Source: Eledone cirrhosa (taxonomy: Eukaryota). Taken from it: a DNA stretch of 64,000 nucleotides. Made by a program: the position numbers and the translations under genes. The stretch is from positions 245,024,001 to 245,088,000 of the forward strand of contig OZ024742.1 in assembly GCA_964016885.1 (NCBI GenBank), written 5' to 3'. Shown here one piece after another: positions 46,200-61,344 of the stretch (positions are counted from its first letter, which is position 1; each line of letters starts with the position of its first letter). The notes beneath the pieces are model-generated. The model was not told the origin of the DNA and ran no database searches. It worked only from the letters and a program-made list of their open reading frames with translations.

Positions 46200-47960
46200 C
46201 TAGGTGTTATACTTCCTGTCATGGAAGGTGATGCCGAGCATGATTCGCTCCATTTAACGTTGGGTCACTGCGAGAGTTTCTGCAGTTGTGCTGTTTAGTG
46301 TGCATGTCTCACTTCCATTTCATCATCGACTGAACATATTAGTTAAACAGCTTTCCTTTGGTTTCGATTGTTCACTTGGGACTTCCAATTATGTTATAAA
46401 TCTTTCCAAAAGCTGCCCTGCCAAGCACAGTCCTTCTTTTGAAGTAGGGCACCATCTCTTACAACCTTCTTTCCGAGGTACACATAGCTGTCTACTTATT
46501 CGATGGTATTTTTATTTAAAATAACTGGTGATGGTTTAGCGTGGTTGTTAAACATGACCTTGGTTTTCCCAAGATGGATGTTAAGGCTATCCACACTGTG
46601 GCAAGCTCACAGTGTGGATAGCATTGAGCATCTCCAATTCTTGTGGTATATAGTCTATCAGGATGACGTCATCTACAAAGTCTAGCCTGCACAGGAATTC
46701 ACCATCTATGTTGATACCCTTTTTCTCCCAGTCGACTTTGTTGATGCTAGCATCTTGTAAACAGGACATAAACATTCTCTGGGAAATTGTCTCCCTGTCT
46801 TGCTCCTCTTTCTAACTTGATCTCGTTGCTGTCTTGGTGTAATCTGAGAGTGGATGTAGCATCATTGTAAAGATACTTTAGTAGTGTGATGTAAGCAGGG
46901 TCCACTCCTTCGTTCTCCAGTGCTGTGAATAGTGGGCTGAACTCAATGGAATCAAATGCCTTTTTCATAATCGACGAAGGCAAAGCAGAGAGGGAAGTTG
47001 TATTCGTTTGCCTTCTCTGGTAGTTGACTAACTACCCGGATGTTGTCTGTTGTTTAGAATCCTGTCCCGAATCTCGCCTACTCTCTTGGTTGGTGCAGTT
47101 CTAATGTACCAAGCAACCTCCTGAGTTGGATGTGTGAAAACACATTGTAAATGGTGGATAGGAGGCTGATTGGGCAGTAGTTTCTGAGGTCTGCTTTATC
47201 ATATCACCTTTCTTGACTACTACAGCATTGTTCCAGGTGTCAGATACACGGCCTTCTTCTAGACACCTACTGAAGAGCTTTTGAGTCCCATTAGTATGGG
47301 CTCCACCATCCTGAAGTATACCTGCTGTGATGTTATCTTTGCCCGGTGCCTTGTTTCTCTTTAATCAGTTAATGCTCGCTCTTGTCTCTGATGGAATGAT
47401 ATGAGGAGGTCGTGTATATGTTGAGGTTTTGTTACTGGAGAATGGTTGGTCCTGGGACTGTCTTGTGCAGTATAATTAGCTATCGAATTTTTCGCACCGT
47501 TTTTATAAGCTTGCTAAGGTAAGTGATGTGTGTACCGTTCTCCTCTAACAAAACGAAGAAGTTATCTTTGCCTAGACACCGCTTCCTTTTGATTGGATTC
47601 AATCATTTATTCTCTTCCAGGGCTTTGAGCTGCCGCTGTTCGTTATATCGTCTGATGTCTTCCTTCATATGACATCTTGTGGCATTGCATATTTCAGAGT
47701 ACTCAGCATTTTGTGTGTCTGTCCCGCCTCGCTTTTCTCTTAGATATTCGGTCTCCATTGAAAACTTATCTTGTTCGGGTGGTGTTCCACTTCCGGCGAT
47801 TGTTACTGCTGTCTCAATTATGCTGGTGATAATGCTGTTACATAGGAGCTGATCTCTTCTTCTGATTGGTGTTGCTCAAGTACCTCGAACTTATTGTTCA
47901 GTAATAACTGGAATTGTGCGGCCGTTGACCCCGCTATTTTTGTAGCTCTTGTTTTGTTTT
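46200..47960 (-). mobile_element. Decayed RTE-clade LINE, RT region
   Basis: NYCPISLL, FVDYEKAFDSIE, GARQGD, KGINIDGEFL..LDFVDDV. Confidence 0.8.
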
Positions 47961-48054
47961 TTGTGCTGCTGGAGTTCCAACAGGGTCTGGTGGCGGAGTC
48001 AGTTTAGTAGCTGACCTTTCGACCATGAATATATGTATATATATATATATATGT

Positions 48055-48605
48055 TCTTCGCCTACTTATTGCTGAGAGGGTCATGAGGGCAGAGTCCTCA
48101 AACACTCCAGTGGGTCCTGTCAGAAGCAAAAGTCTCCTACAGATCCGGTTGGAACCCCAAGCGTGACCAGCCGAGCTCATGGATGTTATCCAACCATCTT
48201 GCTCAGGGTCTACCCCTGATTCTCCTGCCGGTTGGTTTTGTCCATAAAAATCTGCCCAGCGATTTTAATCACATGCCCATAATATCGAAACTGTGATCTC
48301 CCAATTCGGAGAAGTAGCGGCTCTACCTGGAGTGACTCTCTGATCTCCGAGCTACGCACTCTATCGAGTAACATTACTCCAAAGCCCCATTTTGACCTCT
48401 TGTATCCGCGATTGTATTCTTTCGGACATTACTCAATATCTGGTCCTTATCCACCAATGCTTCCCATTCTATCTTGGAAGTCGCCTTGGACCTGTCAATG
48501 TTGTGGGCTACTTTGGCTTCATGTAGTCTCAAGTTGCAGATAACTTGATGGTGATCAGTTGACAGCCCAACTTCTCTCTTAACACGAACATCCAGCACAG
48601 AATCG
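48055..48605 (-). mobile_element. Internally deleted RTE (EN end joined to ORF2 C-terminus)
   Basis: LDVRVKREVGLSTDHH joined to EIRESLQVEPLL..GRP..RWLDNI..LGWSRLG. Confidence 0.65.
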
Positions 48606-48975
48606 AAGAGTTTATAAACTCCAATTCATTTAGGAAACACAAATTTTAACACATCTGACACTATATTTTTCTGACTACGATGTTGTTTTTTAAAACAATA
48701 TTTGTAACTGTACTATTCTATATTGATACTTTGATGAGTGATATATATTATCTGTTCTTTTTTCCTGGGTGACTTAAATAAAATGGTATACCTGGTATAT
48801 CACAGTGGGAAGAACAATTGTCAGTAATCAAATGTCTTGAACTCTTAAATATTTGGTTTGTAAGCAAATTGTAACTATATAAGGGCCTTGCATGATCCTA
48901 TCGTTGCATTGAGCTAAAAGGCACCTAGTAAATGAGTAATATTTACTCTCATTACTATTATGTATATATATATAT

Positions 48976-49140
48976 TGTTATACATTGGGGTGGTCATGTT
49001 GCCAATAAAAACACACGCACATGTTGGTTTTCACTTTAATTTATTATAAATTTCCAGTTAGTTGGTTGGTTCGATAACAGAAAGGTTGTTTATATATTGT
49101 CAAAGCTCTTTCGTCACACATTCTGTGACCTCCTCAGTGT
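48976..49140 (-). mobile_element. Penelope pseudo-LTR fragment (family D) with HHR at 49099-49140
   Basis: Minus: ca-CTGAGGA-ggtcacagaatgtgtgac-GAAA-gagc-TT^-tgac. Confidence 0.7.
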
Positions 49141-49194
49141 TTTTGTGACTGCCTAGAGTTTGTTACTCTGGAATTTCGCCTGTTTATCACAGTC

Positions 49195-49242
49195 CTTGCC
49201 TGATGACCCTGTGATAGACAGGCGGAACTCCAGAGTAACAAG
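49195..49242 (+). ncRNA. Hammerhead motif (family G), GAAA mutated to GGAA
   Basis: cttgc-CTGATGA-c-CCTGT gatag ACAGG-c-GGAA-CTC ca GAG-TA^-acaag; inverted half-copy at 49159-49192 retains GAAA. Confidence 0.65.
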
Positions 49243-49364
49243 ACTCACTTTTTAGCCTTAATAAAAATGTATATTAAAACTCTACTTTGGTATTGAGTAC
49301 TCCTTACTGTGAGCCGTCAACCACATACGTCACCCAGCCGGATGGATGGAACAGGTAAAAGAGA

Positions 49365-49467
<103 letters not shown>

Positions 49468-49508
49468 TATATATATATATACACATATATATATACACAT
49501 ATATATAT

Positions 49509-49557
<49 letters not shown>

Positions 49558-49665
49558 TATATATATATACACACACACATATATATATATACACATATAT
49601 ATATACACACACATATATATATACACACATATATATATATATATATACACACACATATATATATA

Positions 49666-49715
<50 letters not shown>

Positions 49716-49721
49716 CATATA

Positions 49722-50320
49722 TGGTGGCTGCCAACTCGTTTTCGAGTACGGGCCACTACTTTATATCCATGTAGGAGAACCCCTACCGATACGCTGAACG
49801 AGTGTGATTTTTTAGTCCAGCCAGCGACTTGAAAACTCTGGTACAAACACTACACTTGTGACAATTATTGACACATAGTGCTGGGCCCATGGTACCACGT
49901 GATGACAAGTGCAGAGAGATCTCCAGATATAAAGCAATGCCTGTGCCGTGAAGCTTTTATAGTGAGCAAAGGCACTGCACAAAGCCGGTCCCACTCTCTT
50001 AACCAATATGATATTTACCAAAAAGAAGAACAAGTCAACATCATTGGATACCATCAGAGTTGCAGGTGTTATATCAGAGTTTTCCTTCTCCTAGAATTCT
50101 GCCTTGACAAAGGCTAAGGGGTCATCTCTCCCAGTGATTTTGGATGGCCATTGACTCTTAAGAGCTCCTTTGCCCTTTGACAGGTTTTGTTTTTAGTCCT
50201 GCAGGATGTCCAAAAGTCACCCTCCTCACCAAGAAACCTTGATGGGGTTGCAAGTTTAGTCGCCAACGACCCGACCATGAGACAGGTTGTACTGGGATAC
50301 ATGTTACCAGTAGCACCAAA
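49722..50320 (-). mobile_element. ~600-bp non-autonomous repeat with RTE-5'UTR-like head
   Basis: Reverse complement of 33717-34310. Confidence 0.75.
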
Positions 50321-50418
50321 CCCCTTACCGTACGTCGACTCTATCTAGTGTAGTAATTAACCATTATTGCATGCAGGATAATCTTAAGCATTTCGTCCAT
50401 AACCTAATATATATATAT

Positions 50419-50620
50419 AACGAAGGAAATGTGGTAAGGAACCAGATGGACCATAACGCACCAAAGTACTCAATACTTAGGGTAGTAGAATGGGTAATAA
50501 GGAACGAGTAGGACCCCGACGGCTGAGCTCAAGCCGTTTCGACGGCTAATTCTGGACTAAATTTAGTCCAGAATTAGCCGTCGAAACGGCTTGAGCTCAG
50601 CCGCCGGGGTCCTACTCGTT

Positions 50621-50625
<5 letters not shown>
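50419..50625 (-). mobile_element. Fold-back repeat family K
   Basis: Palindrome ~50500-50623 centred on ctaaatttag. Confidence 0.8.
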
Positions 50626-50657
<32 letters not shown>

Positions 50658-50670
50658 ATGTATGTATTTA

Positions 50671-50747
<77 letters not shown>

Positions 50748-50970
50748 ATGTATGTATTTATATATGTATTTGTGTGTATATATTTTAGTTACCAGAAATC
50801 ATATGTGACCCCAGCCCCTCTCTCTCTTTCTCTCTCTCCCTCTCTCTCTCTCTTTCTCCCCCCCCTCTCTCTCTCAACGTGATAAAGATACCATATCAAT
50901 ACACGGGTTACTTGTATTTCTTCGGTCGATACGTTCCAAGATAATTATCACGACTTTATTGCTCCTTAAG

Positions 50971-51013
<43 letters not shown>

Positions 51014-51194
51014 TCTCTCTCTGAGGTTACATACATGTATGTCTGTGTCTACATATATATTTTAAAAATTTGTGTGTATATGTGTATATATATATATAAT
51101 ATAAATACATACATATATCCTATATATTATATATATACACACGCACACACACATATATATATTATACACACACACACACATATATATATGTATA

Positions 51195-51232
<38 letters not shown>

Positions 51233-51264
51233 TATACACACACACTCACACATATATATGTATA

Positions 51265-51295
<31 letters not shown>

Positions 51296-51430
51296 GTATA
51301 TATATATATATACATATATGTGTGTGTGTGTGTGTGTATCTATATATATGTGTGTGCGTGATGTATATATATATATATATATATATATTTAATATGGTAT
51401 CCCCGAAATATGTATAATGAAATAAATTTA

Positions 51431-51466
<36 letters not shown>

Positions 51467-51469
51467 ATC

Positions 51470-51516
<47 letters not shown>

Positions 51517-51683
51517 CATATATATATATACATATATATATATATACATATATATATATACATATATATATGTACATATATATACATATATATATATACA
51601 TATATATATATACATATACATATATACATATATATATATACATATATATATACATATATATATACATATATATATACATATAT

Positions 51684-51752
<69 letters not shown>

Positions 51753-51757
51753 TATAT

Positions 51758-51814
<57 letters not shown>

Positions 51815-51827
51815 TATATATACATAT

Positions 51828-51863
<36 letters not shown>

Positions 51864-51866
<3 letters not shown>

Positions 51867-52054
51867 GGAACCAGTAAGACCCCGACAGCTGAGCTCAAGC
51901 CGTTTCGACGGCTCATGTCCAGAATTAGCCGTCGAAACGGCTTGAGCTCAGCTGTCGGGGTCTTACTGGTTCCTATTACCCACTCTACTACCTCAAGTAT
52001 TGAGTACTTTGGTGCGTTATGGTCCACCTGGTTCCTTACCACATTTCCTTCGTT
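51864..52054 (+). mobile_element. Fold-back repeat family K
   Basis: Asymmetric palindrome 51864-51975; both arms share copy-specific variants. Confidence 0.8.
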
Positions 52055-52231
52055 ATATATATATATATATATATGTACATATATACATATACATATATAT
52101 ATATATACATATATATACATATATATATATATGACCGGCTGAGGTTGAAGGAGCAGGATAGCGGTCGCCCTCGGGTCCTCGATTTTCAGCCCCATGGATT
52201 TTATCTATTACATTCACGTATTATATTTCGA

Positions 52232-52289
52232 ATACCTGATGATATCACGGGATTCATACGGAACCCGGTCATTGAAATGATCATAGTAT
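52232..52289 (+). ncRNA. Type I hammerhead ribozyme motif (family H)
   Basis: ATAC-CTGATGA-tatcacgggattc atacg gaacccggtcatt-GAAA-TGATCA-TA^-GTAT. Confidence 0.7.
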
Positions 52290-52339
52290 AATAAACCTTT
52301 CGAGGATTTACACAAATCCAGCCTCCTGTCATTTCATTA

Positions 52340-52387
<48 letters not shown>

Positions 52388-52788
52388 TATATATTATATA
52401 TTATATATATATGCAAATTGGGCTACTCAGCCGTTAATATGCATAAGGTAAGTATATACGTTCAACAATCTGGCAGGAAGGTATACGTTGCTGACGATAG
52501 CTAATAAGCTTGAAACTAGTACAGCGTTCCTTTGTCAGTGTTGAACAAACGAGCAACGATGGTTGCTGGACACTACGGCTTAATACGGGATGTTTGTTTA
52601 CAAACACACCGAGCATTAAAATAAATGTTCGGTGAATCCATACGTACATATATATATGTGTGCATGTATGTATATATATATAGATACTACTGTACGTCTG
52701 TATACATATATGTATGTACGTGTACATACTTATATTTAAGCAACAGCCGTACTAAGAGTGGGAAATGAAATTTCGTTTCATTTTTTCC

Positions 52789-52791
<3 letters not shown>

Positions 52792-52875
<84 letters not shown>

Positions 52876-53166
52876 CATATATATACATATATATACATAT
52901 ATATATACATATACATATATACATATACATATACATATATATGTACATATATACATATACATATATATACATATATATATATACATATATATATATACAC
53001 ATATATATATATACATATATACACACACATATATATATATATATTTACATATATACACACATATATATATACATATATACATATATATATATATATTTAC
53101 ATATATACACACATATATATATATACATATATACACATATATATATATATATACATATATACACAC

Positions 53167-53213
<47 letters not shown>

Positions 53214-53232
53214 TATATATACATATATACAC

Positions 53233-53287
<55 letters not shown>

Positions 53288-53623
53288 TACACACATATAT
53301 ATATACACACATATATATATACATATATACACACATATATATATATACACATATATATATATATACATATATATTTATACACATATATATATATATATAT
53401 ATACAAACACATATATATATACATATATATTTATACACACATATATATATATATACAAACACATATATATATACACACACATATATATATATATATATAC
53501 ACACACACATACATATATATATTTATGTATATAAATATTTATGTATACATGTAAATGTATGTGTATATAAATACACACAATATGCATGCATATTAATGTA
53601 TATTTGTATGAGATTATTGGTAT

Positions 53624-53696
<73 letters not shown>

Positions 53697-53700
53697 ATAT
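52792..53700. repeat. Compound (TA)n/(CA)n microsatellite
   Basis: Direct. Confidence 0.9.
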
Positions 53701-56603
53701 GTACATAATATATATATATATTATATGTGTGTATACATATGTATGTGCATATATGCACACTCTGGCACGTAGATTTATGTACGCACTGCAATACGCATGT
53801 TTACATATACATTTTATCACGTATATTTACACACACATTCTAGCATGTACATTTACTTATACACACTGGCACGTATATTTACATACACATAGCACGTACG
53901 CACTATGACACACTGACACCATCGTTAGTCACGTGACATGTCTGGGGGTTTTTCTCCGCTGCTCCACTTCGATAGTGAGTCTTCTCTTCCCTACCTCCTT
54001 TCCGGACCCCCTCTTCCTTCTCCTCCTTTTCCCTTTCGCCTTCTTCTTTTTCTTCTTGCCCGCCGCCGTCTCCATCATCCTGTCTACTTTTCTTCCCTCA
54101 CATCTGTTTCCTACTCCGCCTATCGCCCTTCTTCGCCACTTCATTTCTTTCCCCTCTCTGTCTTCCTTTCTCTTTTCCTATGACACTCTTTATCTATTTG
54201 TTTCACTCGCTCTTTCTTTCCCCTCTCTCGCCCTCTCCCTCTCTATCTATCACTCCTTCTCCTTTCCTCACTTGTATGGAGTTGGAAAAATGGTCAAGCT
54301 CTGAGGGTGAAGGAGTCTTTCTTTTCTGGAGAGAGGATAAAAACAAAAGCAAGCCAGCAAACAAACAAACAAAAAAACGTGTTTCACTTTTCCTGACCTT
54401 ATTGTCGACTCTCTCTCTATCTCTCTCTATATATACAAACACCCACATATACTTATATAGAGCTATATGTGTGTGCTAAAAAGGTAAACTCATTTGGAAC
54501 ATTAAGTTATTGCAGACAATTCTGTTGTGGGTGTGAGCTTGTATTTTGTTTTGTTTTAAATTTTACTTGGTGTGTATGTACAAAATCTCGATCGTAGTTT
54601 CTTATTTATATCTCTTTATTTCGATACTTTTATGTTGTTTCTAACTCTTACAGCCACACCTTTTGTTTTGTGTATCACTATTATTTTAACATTTTTTTTC
54701 TTTACAAATGCTTCTCACACTCTTCTACACTTCGTTTTTTTTTCTTTTGAAATCTGTTTTATCATCTATCTATTTATCTATCTATGTATCTATCTATCTA
54801 ACCATGTATCTATCTATTACTCTGCTTATCTATGTATCTATCTACCTACATACCAATCTGTCTATATGTATGTGTATCTATGTGCATGTTTGTGTGTTGC
54901 CGTTTCGTAGCGTATGGTTTTTAAACAGGCTAACTATAGGCAACTAAAGGATACTACTACTGCAGCAGTTCCCTCTCCTCTCCTTTCTTCCTTTCATCGT
55001 TGTATACGTGTGTTTATAGATTACTATAATGTTCGCTAAGGTCCTGTTTCTATGTCTACAGTGCTACACATTATCTACGATTTATCAATTGTACAGACAC
55101 AACGAACAACAAAACACCTGCCCTTTTACTATACATGCACCCTATCAACTATATTTGTTTGTATATTATCTTTAGAACGCGAGCCATCGCGAGTGTTGTG
55201 CGTCCATAGTTCTATCTATCTATCTATGTATCTATTTATCAATCTATCTATCTATCTTTATGTAAATGAGTGTGCATGCATGGATGGATACACGAATGTG
55301 TATGCATATATTTATGTTTAAGAGTTAATATATTTATATAAATAAATATCAATACCATACAGGTGGTGCATACATTTGTCTGTTGTAGATGTAACAGTAT
55401 GCCCTAACGAACTAAATCCAAGCACTCGAACAACTGTTTTTATTTTTCTCCATGCGTTGCTATTCTGAGCTGAGCTTTCTGATTACACTATTTATTCTCC
55501 ATTCAGAGACCCTATCATTAGCTACTGTCTATATATCATCACAGCCCTTGGGAATGACATTAACATCATAAAATCTTAGTTCCCTTCAAGTTCTCTTATG
55601 AAGATTTTATTGTTACAAATGTATGCAATGTAATATAGGCTCGGTGTAGTATTGTGTTTTAACATAAGTATAAATATAGATTTTTGCAAGGTCATATAAT
55701 GTAGTAGTTATTAACCCCCCCCCCCCCCCCCGTTAAATATAGGTCACTGCAATTTCATCCTTCCTTTATAATTTCCTCCTATTGCTGACACATGCACTGA
55801 TAAATTTGTACACACATTTAACACAGACAAGCGTGTACATGCTCGTTCACTGATTTCGTATAGAGATTTATGTATACATCTGATCCAGTTCATAGACAAC
55901 ACACACACTCATACATGCGCTGTCACTCGTCCTAATTCATGTACACTTAATATATATTATAAATAGCATACATGTTCTCCTTTTTAACTTGACTTTCTTA
56001 GTAACTCTGATAAATGCTTCGGATTTGGAATGTTTTTAATTAAAATAAAATCGGAACCTTTATTTATAGAGACTAATTATGTCAAAATATATTGACATAA
56101 TGAGGGAGTGGAAAAATATAATAGTTTGTAAGTTTAACGTAACGAACGCAACACAACATCGAAAATATACACACAAGAGGACTGTACGATAATAGTATAT
56201 ATACTATAACACTTAGATGGGATCTTGTTTTATCTTTCGTCCATTTTGTTTTTTCTAAATTAATTAGTTCTTTCTTTCGATAATAGCCCCAGCCCCTCCT
56301 CCCCTAGGAAAGTTTGTGTGTGTGTGTGTGTGTGTGTGAGAAAGGGTGGGTTTCTGTTCGGAAGCAAATGTGAAAAAATATAAATGTCAAAAGAATTTTG
56401 GGTTATCTTTTGTGTGATTCTATCTGTTTATCATCTCTCTCACACACTCTCTGTTTATCATCCCTCATACCTCTCTCTATCACTCCCTCTTCTGCATATA
56501 TGTATATATGTGTGTATGCAAATATATACATATGTATTTGTGTTTGTGTGTATGCATGTGTGTGTATATATATGTGTGTGCATATATAAACACATACATG
56601 AAT

Positions 56604-56638
<35 letters not shown>

Positions 56639-56653
56639 CACACACACATATGC

Positions 56654-56687
<34 letters not shown>

Positions 56688-56781
56688 TGATGGATATATA
56701 TATGCATGAATATATAATTATATTTATATATGCCATATATGTATGGATAAATAATTTGATGTGTATATATATATATACATA

Positions 56782-56833
<52 letters not shown>

Positions 56834-57369
56834 ATATAATTATATGTATATATATGCATGTAAATATTTGTGTGTATATATAAATATGTGTGTGTGTGTA
56901 TAATTATATGTATATATATATATGCATGTAAATACTTGTGTGTATATATAAATATATCTGTGTGTGTGTATCTATATATATATACATACATGTGTGTATC
57001 TATCTATATATATGCATGCATGTGTTTTACACACACACATGCATACGTGATCGCATTAATTCAGTTATGGCTGATAGGCCCTGTTCTCCCCCTCTCTCCC
57101 CATATAACAATGTTCAGACTGATGTGAGGTTTGCTATGTTTAGCTAAGATCATTAAACAGGTAGTGATTTAATCCATCTTGATCTCTACTCCCATTTTAT
57201 TTTTCAATGTACATTCGATCGATATATCTTCTATTTTCTATTATCTATATGATAGATAAACACCTTTCTTATATACACAAACAACGTGCTAACTATACAC
57301 TAGAGTCTGTTAATCTAATTTCTATGATTTGATTTTGTAATGCTGTTGTTTTTACTGTTTGTTGTTATT

Positions 57370-57555
57370 TGGCAGTATCGGTAGAGGGTCGGACGCCATG
57401 CTTTGCAGCATAGCGTTACGACCCTTTACTGTCTGAGTTCAAATCCCGCCGAGGTTAACTTTGCCTTTCATCCTAACGGGGTCGATAAAATAAAGTACAT
57501 ACTAGTAATGCACTGAGATAATTGCTGGCCTTGTGCCAAAAAGTAGAAACAGTTA
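57370..57555 (+). mobile_element. tRNA-derived SINE
   Basis: tggcagtatcggtagag..gagttcaaatcccgccgagg..gtagaaac. Confidence 0.8.
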
Positions 57556-57657
57556 TTCAATCTCTTCTCTCAACGAACTATGTAAAGGTTCATAACATAC
57601 TACCAGTATTGTCTAGACATTTCCCTCTTCGTCAATCTTTTCCTCTACTATTATCAT

Positions 57658-57720
<63 letters not shown>

Positions 57721-58554
57721 ACTCATTCACACTCATTCACACTCACACACAGACACGTCTGTGAGTTCTTGAGGCTGTTGGTTGAGATTTTTTATAGACT
57801 CTTGAGAAAATACGAAAGGTGCAGGAAGATCCCTGGTCGTCGGAAACAAGAGCGGTCTCTATTCGACGAAGGGTTCTATCCGAAACGTTAGACTCTTCGC
57901 CTTCTTCCTCGCGGCATTTATATTTAATTCAATCTGTATCACTTTGTGTCGAACCTCATTAGTTAACTTTTCCTTTACATATTCGACTATTTTACTATAA
58001 GGGTGGTAGAAGGAGTAAACCTCTGGTAGTCATAGTAGCAATGAGGAAGGGGAGGTAATACAAACAAAACAAACAGTAGCTTGTAAAGCACCTGCAGTAA
58101 GTAGTAAAGACTATAGGCGCTGCTGCTGCTGCTGTTATTGTTGTTGCTACTGCTGCTGCCGTCGCCGTCACCACCGCCGCCGACGTCGTCGATCAGCACG
58201 TTGCCATTGCTAGCAAGACCTTATTTTATTTTCTGTCGCCATCATCACCACCACTGTATCCCCGACACACCCAACTCTTACGTCTCTCGTCGTTCCCTTA
58301 ATTCTCGAGACAAAAGCCAGTCATTCTTTTTTTTTTTTCTTCTTCTAGTCGCCCCACCCCGCCCTCCCGCTCCCTATCGTCACCACCACCACCACCACCA
58401 CCACCATCATCAACATCTTAAAACTGCCCTGAGATACTAAATAAAAGGTGGTGGGTTATGGAAATAGACGTTCGACGATAAAGAGTTGATTTGATGAGTG
58501 TTTTGAAAGTATTCATCGCTCCACTGTTAAGTGACGTTGTTATCGATTGAATTC

Positions 58555-58814
58555 TACATACATACATATATCAGTACATACATACATACATACATACATA
58601 CATACATACATACATACATACATACATACATCCGTACGTACATACATACATACATCCGTACGTACATACATACATACATACATACATACATACATACATA
58701 CATACATACATACATACATACATCCGTACGTACATACATACATACATACATACATACATACATACATACATACATACATACATACATACATACATCCGTA
58801 CGTACGTACATACA

Positions 58815-58847
<33 letters not shown>

Positions 58848-59376
58848 CCGTACATACATACATACATACATACATACATACATCCGTACGTACGTACGTA
58901 CATGTATACATACATATATCCGTACGTACGTACATGTATACATATATACATATATCCGTACGTACGTACATACATACATATATCCGTACATGTATACATA
59001 CATACATATATCCGTACATATATCCGTACATACATACATACATACATACATATATCCGTACGTACATACACAGATCCATATATCCGTACGTACATGTATA
59101 CATACATACATATATCCGTACGTACATGTATACATACATACATATATCCGTACGTACGTACATGTATACATACATACATATATCCGTACGTACATGTATA
59201 CATACATACATATATCAGTACGTACATGTATACATACATACATATATCCGTACGTACATGTATACATACATACATATATCCGTACGCACGTACATGTATA
59301 CATACATACATATATCAGTACGTACATGTATACATACATACATATATCCGTACGTACGTATATGTATACATACATA
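58555..59376. repeat. (TACA)n satellite evolving into a ~28-32-bp higher-order unit containing tccgtacgta
   Basis: Direct. Confidence 0.9.
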
Positions 59377-59628
59377 CGCGTTAAACTAATATAATTCTTC
59401 CTTGTACTATGTTGTTTGCTTCGTTATTTCCGTTTACATTTTGCATGCATATATACATAGATACATAATCCTACATACTCACATTCATTCATACTTACAT
59501 ACATACGTACATACATACACAATCGTGAAATATATATATATATAGTTCAGGATTATGTATGTAAAGCGTGAAACTAATAAGACTTTGTAATTGTATTTTC
59601 AATGTTTGTATTTTTTTTTATCTTGGCC

Positions 59629-59661
<33 letters not shown>

Positions 59662-59693
59662 CAAGATTAAAAAATATATATATATATATATAT

Positions 59694-59880
59694 ATTTATT
59701 AAAATAACAGATTAAAGTTTAAGCAAAGAATCGCTGCCCGTTAAGGGTGAAAGCAGCGATTCTTTGCTTAAACTTTAATCTGTTATTTTAATAAATATTT
59801 GCTCTACGGTTCTTATATATTTGATATATATTTTCCTTATCGAGCCCTCTTTGGATTGTAGTCTTCACCTTTATTATTAT
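59694..59880 (+). mobile_element. Fold-back repeat (family M) with the 3' half of a hammerhead
   Basis: Palindrome 59694-59797 around cccgttaagggt-GAAA-GCA gcgattctt TGC-TT; other copies at 4891-5035 and 21436-21512. Confidence 0.72.
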
Positions 59881-59929
<49 letters not shown>

Positions 59930-59959
59930 ATCAAAAGATGGTTAAAGGAGTTCCATGTA

Positions 59960-60026
59960 TTTTATTATGCGCATTTCAAAAACAAACATCATCATGCAAT
60001 AATATTTGTGTTTTCATCAGATAAAA
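59960..60026 (-). ncRNA. Type I hammerhead ribozyme motif (family I), left arm of a ~120-bp perfect inverted repeat
   Basis: Exact reverse complement of 60101-60167. Confidence 0.8.
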
Positions 60027-60100
60027 CAGGAGGACATGATATGAAGGCTAAAAACACTTGTGGATAGTGCAGTTTTAAATCAACATATCATGTCCTCCTG

Positions 60101-60167
60101 TTTTATCTGATGAAAACACAAATATTATTGCATGATGATGTTTGTTTTTGAAATGCGCATAATAAAA
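60101..60167 (+). ncRNA. Type I hammerhead ribozyme motif (family I)
   Basis: TTTTAT-CTGATGA-aaacacaaatattat..atgatgtttgttttt-GAAA-TGCGCA-TA^-ATAAAA. Confidence 0.82.
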
Positions 60168-60292
60168 TACATGGAACTCCTTTAACCATCTTTTGATCTT
60201 ATATATTATGTATACTCCAGTCCTACAAACTGTAGAGTGCTTCTTATCCGATATCTGCATTGCTTTATTGTACTACAATAAAACTCACCTCC

Positions 60293-60344
<52 letters not shown>

Positions 60345-60512
60345 AAGATTTAAAAAAAACACACAAAAGATTAAAATGTAGATGTATGATGAAAAAAATA
60401 ACAAATACAATTAAACATCTTATTTGAAACGCTTGTTTGAAAAGGAATGCCTCAGCGTATCGAACGCTAGTCCTTTATCAGGATGAATAAAGTTAGGGGA
60501 AAGAGGAACGTT

Positions 60513-60554
<42 letters not shown>

Positions 60555-60839
60555 AATATTATTGTTTATCCTCAGCTCGGTTATGATTTAAAAGTTCTAA
60601 GTTTCGATGTGTTCCAGTCATGACAATCCGTCCGTTCCCCCTATAGTCACCTATCGTATACAGTTGCCACTCCTTTATTCGAAATGCTTTGGAACTGGAA
60701 GCCTTTCGGATTTCGGAAAGATTGTATATTTATATCTATCTATGAAATAAGAGCTCGGGGGGTGTGATCAAGTCTAACAAAACATTTATCCATTTCAATT
60801 TCATAATACAGCTTACAATCTTACACACACGCGCACGCG

Positions 60840-60953
<114 letters not shown>

Positions 60954-61230
60954 TTCAATTGTAAGTTATTTAAAAAATTGAGTTGTAGAAGCATTGATTG
61001 AATTCTTCTTGCTTTTGTGTGTGTTAAATTTAACTTTATTTTTCTGTTTTATTTATATATTTATTTAGTTCATTGGTGTAGATTTTCAAACAAACAGAGG
61101 CCTATGGGAATTAGGGAAAAAACCCAATGAGTGGCGAGAATAAGATAGAATTACCAATAGTACTGTACAAAAAATGATGTAAGCTTAAATTTGGAAGAAT
61201 TGTGAAACCTAGCTTTCTTTTTATATTCCA

Positions 61231-61344
61231 GACCTGTCAACTCCCTCTGTCCGACGGGGAGATCTCCCACCCACTTTGGGGTGGGTGACCTGTCAACTCT
61301 GTCCGTCCGACCTGGAGATCTCCCACCCACTTTGGGGTGGGTGA
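61231..61344. repeat. Tandem duplication of a 56-bp GC-rich unit with a hairpin
   Basis: gacctgtcaact..gagatctcccacccactttggggtgggt twice. Confidence 0.85.

Noticed and set aside
58115-58440. Poly-His/Pro/Ser ORF
   Set aside because: Trinucleotide low-complexity repeats without coherent coding or splice evidence
58488-58518. gat-TTGATGA-gtgtttt-GAAA-gtat-TC-atc
   Set aside because: C3 is altered and helix II is essentially absent; compatible with chance
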